The notes below the pieces were generated by a model. That model was not told the DNA's origin. It did not search any database and saw only the letters and a list, made by a program, of their open reading frames with translations. The translations under genes were made by a program, and so were the position numbers. Source: Gekko japonicus (Eukaryota). Taken from it: a DNA stretch of 64,000 nt. Positions 26,385 to 36,410 of the stretch are shown here, one piece after another. Positions within the stretch are counted from its first letter, which is position 1. The number at the start of each line of letters is the position of its first letter. The stretch spans positions 509,794 to 573,793 of the forward strand of contig NW_015163613.1 of NCBI RefSeq assembly GCF_001447785.1. The letters are read 5' to 3'.

Positions 26385-27902
26385 ATGAGCGGAGAAGAGG
26401 AGAAGCTACCTACCACTACGGAGGACTCAGGCACTTCCCCTGTCACATCAGCTACCCCAGTTACCACCGTACCGGTAACGGGAGCCGTGGGGGGAACTAT
26501 GCCAAAGCAGACTCCAGTATCGTGGCCGGCCACTCCGTTGAGGGGCCCCAAAGAACCCAGGCAAGCCTGGGACGATTGGACTATGTTTGACAATCGTGGC
26601 ACACGAGAGACATTTTCGCTCCGCGGGAGCGGATTGCGAGATAGCTTGTTTGAATAAGGGATGTACCAAGCCAGGGGTTTGGGCAGCCTGGGAAACTCGC
26701 TTGAGGGATCCGCAGATCCATGGGTGACAGGTCGGTCGAAGAAGCAGGACAGTCGTACCGCAACTGATGAAGAACGGGACGAACTGGCCGAGAGGGTAGA
26801 GGATATCTACCGAACGTTGCAACAATTAATGCAGACGGTGGGCGCAGTGTTCGACGGCCTTCCAGACATGTTGGACCGGTCGATCATGGCAGCACTGGCG
26901 AGGCAAGCCGGCCAGCAGCCGCAGATCCTGGCCCAGCCACCAGCACAGCCCATCCCCGGCCAACAACCCGCGCAGCCCGTCGCTCCGGCGGCCCCGCTGA
27001 TTCCGGCTCCCGCGGGGCCGGGGATCCCGCAGCCGGGACCGACGGCCCCTCCCGGGGCTGCGAGGCCAAAGGATTTGCTGGAGGCGACCTTTGATGGCAA
27101 CCCAGAAGACCTGGTGTACTTCACGGTGAGAGTGCAGAAATTCGTGGTGCAACATGGGCACCTGTTCCGGGATGACAGTGGCCGAATCGATGTGATCGCT
27201 GTGAGACTGAAAGGCACGGCAGCGACCTGGTATGTTGGGTTGCACAACCGCCGCGGCCCCAAACTGCGTAACCTAAGAGAGTTCATGTGGGCCCTGAGAA
27301 GCCGGTTTGAAGATGTGAATGCAGGACAAAGAGCTAAGGCGTTTTTGCACACCTTCAAACAAAAATGCCAGTCGGTGCGGGAATACTCCGCGGAATTCCA
27401 AAATCAAGCGGCAAAGCTGGGAGACTGGCCAGATCATATTCTTGTTGAAATGTATCGGGTTGGGCTCAACCCGGAGATCAGGGAAACGGTGCTGCGATCC
27501 GTGGATCCCGTGTCACTGACAGCAGGGACCCAAGAAGCGGAGAACGCTGAGAACAGGCTACAAACGTTGCGCTTGGATATGGCAGCTGGAGGCGGGAAGG
27601 TGACCCAGCAGCAAACCCCAAAACCGAAGTCATCGCGACTATCAGAGGCAGCCAGAGATCTGAGGATGAAGTTGGGGCTCTGCCTCAAGTGCGGAGGGAA
27701 AGGCCACTTCGCCGCGGATTGTGGCCAACCACAACCACCGGACAAGACTACACCATCCAAGTCGAAGCCAGCGTCGCCAGCGAAGAAGGGAGTCGCCAAA
27801 CCCAAATTCGCAAAGGCACTGCAAGTGGCTCCGGAGGATGCTCTTGAGGAATCAGCCGACTCAGAGCCGGAGGTGGCGGGAAACGAGCAAGTCCTGTTGT
27901 GA
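26385..27902 (+). pseudogene. Gypsy gag (PEG10/RTL1-like capsid plus CCHC knuckle) with one in-frame TAA at 26655-26657
   Basis: ORFs 26385-26657 and 26661-27902 share a frame. Motifs FDGNPEDL, LKGTAATW, SVREYSAEF, YRVGL; zinc knuckle CLKCGGKGHFAADC. Confidence 0.9.
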
Positions 27903-27916
27903 AGGGCGCACAACAG
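27878..27916 (+). promoter_or_regulatory. -1 ribosomal frameshift signal: G GGA AAC plus downstream stem-loop
   Basis: Slippery heptamer 27878-27884 in the gag frame; 9-nt spacer; perfect 8-bp stem CTGTTGTG/CACAACAG (27894-27916). Confidence 0.8.
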
Positions 27917-30900
27917 CAAGGCTTAACGTCGGAGGCACCTATAGTGGTGAGAGAACCCCCCTCTCTTTTTTTCGTGACTGTATCTTTGATTAACCCGATT
28001 CTGGGGACTCGTGCGGGTGAAAGCACTGATTGACTCGGGGTGTGGCAGAGACTTGATCAGCCCAAGTGTAGTAACAGGGTTGGAGGCGGGCATCAAAAGA
28101 TTGAAATCCCCCATCATTTTTACTCAGATGGATGGGGCCCCAATGAAACCTTGTGCCCATGAGACTATGCCTTTGAGATTGGGGGCTGGGGAGCATTGGG
28201 AGCAACGCACGTTTATTGTCACCCCAGACTCCCAATTTGCGTTGGTGTTGGGAGCCCCGTGGTTGTATAGCCATGACCCATACATTCTGTGGGAAGAAGG
28301 GAAAATTGATTTCATGTCGCCCAAATGCCGGCTGCATACGTGGGACGGAGAGTGGGGAGATCCTCCGCCTGTTACATTCCCTTGTGCAGTGCTAACTAAT
28401 GAGGACATGGCAGCTCTGCCTCTGGAGTATCACGACCTGGCCCCAGCATTTGGGGAGGAGGAAGCGGATGAGTTGCCACCCCATAGAAAAACTGACTGTA
28501 GCATCGAACTCATCCCAGGGGCGAAATTTCCCAAAGGGAAAATTTATGCCATGGGGCCAGCCGAAAAAGCTGAGTTGCGGAAATTCATTGATAAGAACCT
28601 GGCCAGGGGTTTCATCCGGCCGGCGTCATCCCCGTTTGCAGCCCCTGTCCTGTTTCGGAAGAAGAAAGACAGGGGGCTGCGCTTATGCACAGATTACAGA
28701 GGATTGAATGCTGTTTCTACATCAAATGCCTATCCCCTCCCTCTCATAAAGGACTTGCTTGCTGAAGCAGCGAAAGGGAAAATCTTTTCTAAACTTGACT
28801 TGCGGGATGCCTATTTCCGGGTGCGGATTAGGGAAGGGGATGAAGGGAAGACCGCATTTAACACACCATTGGGGCAATTCGAATATCTTGTTATGCCGTT
28901 CGGACTTCAGGGGGCTCCGGGGGTCTTCATGAACTTGATTAATGAGGTCCTACATGACTTTTTGTTTAAAGGAGTGATTATTTATTTAGATGACATTTTA
29001 CTGTACTCCCAGGACCTCCCCTCCCACATTCAATTGGTCAGAAAGGTCCTCAAAACATTGCACAAGCATAAACTGTTTGCTAAGCTGTCCAAGTGTGACT
29101 TTCACAAGACTAACATTGACTTTCTGGGGTACCGCATCTCGGAGGGAGGGTTAGAAATGGATCCTGGGAAGATCAAAGATGTGGTAGAATGGGAGGCCCC
29201 CAAAACCCGCAGACAACTCCAAGGTTTCTTAGGATTCGCCAATTTTTATCGCTCATTTATCAAGGGGTTCGCCCAGATTGCACTTCCCCTCACTGACCTA
29301 CTAAAGACGAAAGGGAAGGGGTTTGACGCCACGAAGCCAGGGCCCCCGCTGAAATGGTCAGCGGAGTGCGAGGAGGCTTTCCAATGCCTTAAACGCATGT
29401 TCACATCTGAGCCAGTTCTGGCACACCCCGACGAGACGAAAAAGTTCATTGTGCAAACTGACGCGTCTGATGTAGCCATGGGTGCAGCTATTTTACAGAA
29501 GGGGGAAGATGGGCTTTTACACCCCCTTGCTTATGTCTCACATAAGTTTTCAGATGCTGAGAGACACTGGTCGCTTTGGGAGAAGGAGGCGTCAGCGATC
29601 CGGTTAGCGTTATGTACCTGGCGCCATTGGTTGGAGGGGGCGAGGGTCCTGTTCGAGGTTTGGACTGATCACAAGAACCTCAAGACTCTTAAATCACCCA
29701 AGTGCTTGAATGCCAAGCAATTACGGTGGGCGGATTTCTTCTCCAAGTTTCAGTTCACATTGCACCATTTCCCAGGCTCTGCTAACTCCCTAGCTGATGG
29801 GTTGTCCCGCCTACCGCAACATGAGAGCTTGCAGGACGTCATCATTGACTCGATCTTTACACCTGCCCAGTTGGGCGGAGCGGTGGTGACTCGCAGTCAG
29901 GCACGGAAACTCCCCCCGGCTACTCCGACTCCTCCTTCACTTTCCCCCTCCCCGTTGCCCGGCAACGATTGGAAATCCCGCTACGCGGCTGAATTCTCTG
30001 AGGAGGATGCGACCCTGGTGGGGGGGGTTGGAAGACTGTGTCCATAGCCCGGATGGACTGTATTATGCTGGGGGAATACTCTATGTACCTATTTCTCTCT
30101 GCAGGGAAGTCATGCATGCGGCCCATGGGACGAAACTGGCAGGGCACTGGGGCTTTGTGAAATCCCTGCAACTGCTGCGCCGGCAATGCTGGTGGCCACA
30201 CATGCGCAAAGATCTGTTGGACTTCGTTCACACTTGTCAGCTGTGTGCCTTGACTAAGCCAAGGGGGGGGGGGTAAGACCCCTGGTTTGTTGAAACCATT
30301 GCCAACTCCGGGGAAGCCATGGGACGTCATCTCTATTGATTTTATCACTGACTTGCCCCCCAGTAAAGGAAAGTCGGTGATTTGGGTGGTGGTTGATTTG
30401 TTTTCCAAACAAGCGCATTTCATCCCCTTCCCCTCACTGCCTACAGCACAACGACTGGCTAAAGCTTTCCTATCTCACGTCGTACGCCTCCATCTTCTAC
30501 CTTCTAAGGTGATCTCCGATAGGGGTACACAATTCGTTTCTAAATTCTGGAAAGAACACATGAACATCATGGGGGTGGAGCAAGGACTCAGCAGTGCTTA
30601 CCACCCAGAAACTGATGGCCAAACCGAACGGGTTAACCAAACCCTGGAGCAATATTTGCGTTGTTATACCAACTTTTTGCAGAATGACTGGTCTGATTTG
30701 TTGCCTTTGGCTGAATATTGCTATAATAACAGTTTACATTCTTCCATTGGGATGTCGCCTTTCAGGGCGGTATATGGCTATGACAGCCCACCCCTTCCTC
30801 TCCTGGGGGGGGGAACCTCTGCAGGGGGGTGATGCGGTGGAATGGTGTAAGTCTTTGCAAGAAGCATGGCCTTTATTATGCCAAACCTTGGAGGCTGCAA

Positions 30901-31415
30901 AAGCCGCGTATAAGGCTCAGGCTGATCGTGACAGGGTGGTGGGTTGGGGTCTTCAGCCTGGTGATTATATGTATGTATCCACGAAAAACATTAAAATGCT
31001 GAGGCCTAGCAAGAAATTGGGATGGAAATACATTGGTCCTTTTAAGGTACGAAAGATCATAAATGATGTGGCTGTTGATGTGGAATTGCCTAAAAACTTG
31101 AGATCCTTACATCCTGTATTTCATTTTAGACTCCTTAAAAAGGATACCGGTCAATCAAAGTGGCGACCTGTACGTGAGCCGCCTCCCCTTGTGTTGGTGG
31201 AGGGCCAAGAACATTTCGAAATTGCTGACATCTTAGATTCCAAACTGAAGCGTGGTAAACTGTGGTATTTGATCGAATGGATTGATTTCGGACCCCAGCA
31301 CCAGGAATGGGTGGAAGAAGGGGATATTCGGGCCCCTTATATGCTCAGAGACTTTCACAAGAGGTTCCCGGACAAACCGGGAGGTCTCCCGCCCAAACCG
31401 GGAGAAGGTGGTTAG
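27878..31415 (+). pseudogene. Gypsy pol: protease, RT, RNase H, integrase, chromodomain; four frame breaks
   Basis: ALIDSG (PR), YLDD (RT), TDASD (RH), H..H/C..C zinc finger, SIDF/ISDRG/GQTERVN (DDE), GPF motif, chromodomain FEIADILD...WYLIEWIDF. Frame breaks near 28010, 30020-30027, 30263-30273 and 30805-30829. Confidence 0.93.
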
Positions 31416-31425
31416 AGGTGATTTT

Positions 31426-31438
31426 AGGGAGGGCAGTA
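31426..31438 (+). promoter_or_regulatory. Polypurine tract AGGGAGGGCAGTA
   Basis: Purine-rich run abutting the TG of the 3' LTR. Confidence 0.8.
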
Positions 31439-31874
31439 TGTCAGCGAGCTGCCATTGAGTGCTGTGTAACCTGGCAGCCTTTTGGCTGCGATTCCCCTCC
31501 CTTCCCCCCTTCTGGTAGTTCCTTTCACTTCTCTGTAACTTAGGTCTGCTTGCTGCTACAGATAATGCCCAAGGTCGACAGCTGGAGGTGGGAAGGAGTT
31601 TTGGTGTCGCTTCGCTTATTATGTATTCTTTGCCTGAGAACTGAGCTTGTGTTTATAATATGGACCGTTGTGTTCCCAAGGGATGAGGCGCTCATTTAAC
31701 CTGCTTTCCCACACGTGGGAAGTGGACCCATTGGTCAAGACCTGGTTCAAGTTCGTTTATTAGTGCCTGTAGTTATTCCTAACAATTCTTGTGTTCCTGT
31801 TTGCTCCATCGCTTTGTAATAAAATTCTACTTTGCTTCAAACGTGGATTTATTCGAATGCTTTGGGATCGGACA
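31439..31874 (+). repeat. 3' LTR (436 bp)
   Basis: Differs from the 5' LTR by about six substitutions and one 12-bp deletion (compared by eye). Confidence 0.96.
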
Positions 31875-32247
31875 CTAGTCAAGAGAAGTAATCTCTGCCC
31901 AGTGAAAAGGCAGATAAGTCTTAAAAGAGGAGTGATCCCTTGTCTGTGTAGAGAGAAGGATTTTGGGAACTTGTTTGTACATTCCTGCCTTCTAAACATG
32001 AAATGTCAGTGAAACTCAGAAACCTATGCTTGCAAGTTAAAGGAGACACTGAAAATAAAGCCTCTCTTTTCAAAGTTTCAAAGACCTTGTTGAAAAGCAA
32101 GAACTCTTACTTGTTGACAATATATTAGCTGGATTTAGTGTGACTACAAAGTTCCTTCAGTTTTTATTATTGGTTCACCTCATACATCCTACCCCTGAAT
32201 ACACCTGACCTTTCCCCCTCCAAATTAAATAAACAATTTTGCTTATT

Positions 32248-33953
32248 TTTGAACTCATTCAATACCTACATGCGCCCCCTCGCCCATATTATCTGGAGGT
32301 ATAGGCTGGGGTGTCGCCAGTATGCAGATGACACCCAGCTCTATCTACTGATGGACGGTCACCCGGACACGGCCCCTGGAGATCTGGAGGAGGTGTTACA
32401 GGCCATGGCTGGATGGTTGCATCAGAGCCGACTGAAGCTAAATCTATTTAAGACGGAGGTCCTGTACCTTAGTCGCAGGGGATTGGGACAGGGGATCAGG
32501 CTCCCAGCCTTCGATGGGGCTCCATTGGTCCCGACCGAGGGTAAAGAGCCTGGGGGTGTTCCTGGATGCCTCCCTCTCTATGGAGGCCCAGGTCACAGCC
32601 ACTGCCAGGTCTGCCTTCTTCCATCGGAGGCAGATCAGGCAGCTGGCTCCACACCTCACCTCCCAAGACTTAGCTACAGTGATCCATGCAGACTTCCAGA
32701 CTGGATTATTGAAACTCTCTCTATGAGGGGCTACCGTTGACCCTGATCCGGAAGTTGCAGCTAGTGCAGAACACAGCAGCGTGGATGTTGACGGTGATGC
32801 CTGTGCAGGCACACATCCACCCAGTGCTGCGCAACCTGCACTGGCTGCCTATTAAATTCCAGATCCGTTTCAAGGTGCTGGTACTTAACTTCAAAGCCCT
32901 ATACAGGCAGGGGCCAGCATACCTTCGAGACCACATCTCTCCATATGAGCCCCGTAGAGCACTAAGGTCCACCAATCAACATCTTTTGGTGGTCCCCAGC
33001 TTCAGGGACGTCTGACTTGCCTCAACCAGTACCAGGGCTTTTTTGGCCCTGGCCCCTGCCTGGTGGAATGAGCTCCCGTGTGAGATCAGGGTCCTGCGGG
33101 ATTTTATTTATTTATTTATTTATTTTATTTGGGATTTATATCCCGCCCTACCCATACGGCCCAGGGTGGCAAACAAGCGGCAACGCCGGAAATAAAACAT
33201 AAATTACAATAAAACCTTAATAAATACAAACTAAAATGGTGCTCTACAATTCATTTAAAAATTCAAGATGGTCGATGTCCCTCACTGGCGGCCAATGATA
33301 TAGAAGCAGGAACGCCAGAGTAATGTTCCTCTTGTGGGCAACGTCAGCCCCTGCCCAAAGCCAGGTAGATGGCAAATCAAGCCACGGTGGTGGTATAGTG
33401 GCGGCGGCGGCTCCTACTCGAAAGCCTGGCGGAAGAGCTCCGTCTTGCAGGCCCTGCGGAACTGTACCAGGTCCCGCAGGGCCTGGATCTCCACCGGGAG
33501 CTCATTCCACCAGGTAGGAGCCGCCACCGAAAAAGCCCTGGCCTTGGTTAGGGCAAGCTTGATATCCCGAGGGCCTGGAACCACTAGGAGGTCCAGACTC
33601 CCCGATCGCAGCGCTCTTGGGGGAACATATGGGGAGATTTATTACAATTCCGCAGGGCCTGCAAGACGAAGCCCTTCCACTGGGCTTTCGGTTGAGGCAG
33701 CGGGTGTTCCCCTCCTTGGGTCAGCCTCCATTTGTAGACTGGGTCTGAGATCCTAAACTTTATAGATCTTTGGGAAATTTAATTGCTAGTACCATTGAGA
33801 TATCTGGCTTTTTACTAGAGCTGTATGGCATATATGAGTTATGTTATTTTATATTGTGTTTTAATGTGGTTTTAATTGTATTGTATTTTATGCTGTTGGA
33901 ACCCGCCCTGAGCCCATTAAGGGGAGGGAGGGATGTAAAACCAAATAAATAAA
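32248..33953 (+). mobile_element. L2 LINE 3' fragment interrupted by an antisense L2 3' fragment (~33103-33636)
   Basis: QYADDTQLY, KLQLVQN and LHWLPI motifs; (TAAA)n tails at ~33943-33953 (+) and ~33103-33130 (-). Confidence 0.88.
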
Positions 33954-33973
33954 TACTTTCAAAAGCCTCTTGC

Positions 33974-34651
33974 TGTCATGCCTGCCCCTGACGTGTCTAC
34001 AGAAGCAGAGCCTGACAGCCAGGAACAAGTGGACTTGGCACCTTTAACTGAGGAAAATGTAAGTCCTGAGGAGGATAGAACTCCCCAGGAGACACCTGCG
34101 TCTGATCAGGCACTGCCTGGCCCAAGTGGATCACCACCCGAATCTCCCCCACCTGTTAACCGGGTCAGAAACCAAAGACGACAGGAGCTGAATGAAAGAA
34201 GGAAGGCTGCACACATGCGCAGTCGATGCTCATTCAGTCCTGAGTTTTGACAGCAGCCTGGACCTTGTTTCAAGGAGCTAATGAATTAATGAGCCAGCAC
34301 ACTATTTCAACAAACCTGGTGCTTTGAGCAATTCGTGCTGGCAACTTCGGTTGACAGAACCAGGCACTCTGTGCGACCTTGCTTCGGATCCTTTGACTTC
34401 TTGGCAGTTTGTCACTCGGCTTCGGAACTCTGGCTTCTTGACCCTCGGCATCGTGTTTTGACTACGGCTTTGGCTCTGCGTTTATCTGACTTCACCTGAT
34501 TTATGGACTCTGACCTCCGGTACGTCTGACTCTGGCTGTGTGAATTGTTTAGGACTTGTTTAAACATTTTACTGACAAACTCTTGGCTGAATCCCGGACT
34601 GATTATTGGACTTGCTTTGGTTAATCTGCGCTCCCTGGCTCTGCCTTGACA
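33974..34651 (+). mobile_element. Solo LTR (678 bp) of a second, probably Gypsy, family; contains a 90-aa ORF (33978-34250)
   Basis: TGTCA...TGACA termini; 5-bp TSD CTTGC (33969-33973 and 34652-34656). Strand is inferred from the ORF. Confidence 0.85.
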
Positions 34652-35348
34652 CTTGCGTAGAATATTAGCAGGTGATTTTTGTCTTTTCCCTCAAGTCCCT
34701 GGTTTGTCCAGCATCAAAATATATAATAATGTGACAAGGTGGGACAGCCATAGACCAGCAAATAAGAAGAAAATAGATATAGGGGCTGCTCAGCAAGAAA
34801 GAAAGAAGAAACAAATGGAAAATTCTGTGTGAGTGGGAGGGAAGAAGGTGAGATTGCCATAGCAGGTAACTGATTTTGGTTTATGGCCTCAGAGACTGAT
34901 GGAAGACTGACACTGGCAGATGACTGATTGATGAATACTTTTTCTTTTGTCCCATAAATCAACCATTGGCTTGACAGAAGTAAAATGACTGGGGTGATAA
35001 ATTGTTAGCCTTTAAAAAAAATGGATTCCTGCAGATTCAACACAGATTCTTGATTCTGATATGCCACATTTTGAGGTATACCAATTTTTGTTCATTTTGG
35101 GTGCATGTATCTAAGGCAGGCATTTGTCAATAAAACAGGAAGTACAACAATACTGAAGGAAAATAGCTTTCACTATTCTTATCCAGAAATATTTAACTTT
35201 GAATCAAATAACTGAGATAAAGTGATTGGTAAATACCATAATGCAAATATTGTGAAAATGCCTCAGTTATTACAGAAGTAAATAAGATGACTGCAGCAGA
35301 ATTTATTGCCAAAATAGATGCTGTAATGCGTTGTACTTTATCCTACAG

Positions 35349-35447
35349 GAGGTTGAACTCTGTCGTGTTAGCAGCCAAGAAAAACTGGGGTTGACTGTCT
35401 GTTACCGCACAGATGATGAGGAAGATGCAGGAATCTATATCAGTGAG
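35349..35447 (+). CDS. PDZRN4: PDZRN4 internal exon (start of second PDZ domain), [33 protein letters not shown]
   Basis: Acceptor tcctacAG and donor GTaaag; 99 nt, phase 0. LGL carboxylate-binding loop of a PDZ domain; matches recalled PDZRN4/PDZRN3 sequence. Confidence 0.95.
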
Positions 35448-35934
35448 GTAAAGATCTGGTAACAGAAATAAAAATAAGCATTCCATAGTTTGATTGGAAA
35501 AATTCTGGCTGTTTGTTGTCCACTGAAATTAGCAGATATAATTATGTCAACTGAGCTATATAATTGTTATTACTAGCTTGTTTGTTTAATATAAATACTT
35601 CAAACACAGCAGCAGCATTAGGGGGGAAATGCCCCAAAGGTTTGAATGTTCCCTGAAATTCAAATAGCTGGAGCCTCTTTCTTTAATTCCTTATATCTCT
35701 GGTAGTGTTTGCAAAAATTGGCCTGTGTCCATGGTCAGCCTTCTGCCTGAAGCTAATTGATAAATAAAAAAGTGATATTTTCTTGCAGCTGGATGTTTCT
35801 TTAAAAACGGAAAGTGTGAAATTGTTGATCTCCTAAGAAATAGACATAATTTGTCAGTAAAATCTGCCTTCTAACCAAAGAATTAGAAAGTATAAAGATT
35901 TTTTTAAAAATTGGGAATTAAGGGGAAAGCCTGG

Positions 35935-36410
35935 AAATTACAAGGTAGTTTACCTCACATTGGTTACAGGTGAATTGATGGAAAGCATTAGTAGAAGTAG
36001 AAGTATTAGGCATGCTGAAGAAAATGGCTTCTACAAAGGGAAAGCTTGCCTTATCAATCTTTTGGAGTTCTTTGGGAGTATTAACAAGAATGCGCATAAA
36101 GGAGATCTAGTTGATACAGTTGGATATCAAAAAAGCTTTTGACAAAGTACCTTGCCAGATATTGTGTAATCCTAGATGTCACAGAATAAGAGGATACATA
36201 ATTCTATGGTTTACCCACTGGTTAATCAACAGGAAGTATAAGGTAACGGTCATATATCACAACAAAAGGGAGGAAGCAGTGGGTTTCTGAGGGCAAATGA
36301 TCTTAACTTTTTCAGAAATGGTAAAATGAACGATGATATCAGATTATTCAGGATACTGAAAAGAAAGCAGGGTGTGAAGAATTCCAAGAGGATCTTCTAA
36401 ACTGGGTTTC
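35935..36410 (+). mobile_element. Old CR1 RT fragment
   Basis: GFYKGKACLINLLEFF and KAFDKVP-like sequence over broken frames. Confidence 0.7.

Larger units (their letters stand above)
25887..31874 (+). mobile_element. Full-length Ty3/Gypsy chromovirus (Tf1/sushi group) LTR retrotransposon
   Basis: Two TG...CA LTRs; 5-bp TSD CTAGT (25882-25886 and 31875-31879); gag-PR-RT-RH-IN-chromodomain order; polypurine tract before the 3' LTR. Confidence 0.97.
25225..32235 (+). mobile_element. Older LTR-like element split by a MITE and by the Gypsy insertion (pieces ~25225-25540, 25840-25886, 31875-32235)
   Basis: TGTTATTT...AAATAAACA ends; internal AGAAGTGACAGTT repeats; AATAAA near 32054. No clear TSD. 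Confidence 0.45.

Noticed and set aside
26655-26657. Programmed readthrough in gag
   Set aside because: TAA-G is a poor readthrough context and the position is atypical; a point mutation is simpler.
26448-27919. Long antisense ORFs over gag
   Set aside because: Expected shadows of GC-rich coding sequence, with no recognisable domains.
26661-30047. Domesticated PEG10/RTL1-like host gene
   Set aside because: It is flanked by near-identical LTRs with TSD, PBS and PPT and has several disabling lesions, so it is a recent insertion rather than a domesticated gene.
1-35348. Additional upstream PDZRN4 exons
   Set aside because: I found no splice-flanked segment encoding the expected preceding peptide; it probably lies upstream of the window.
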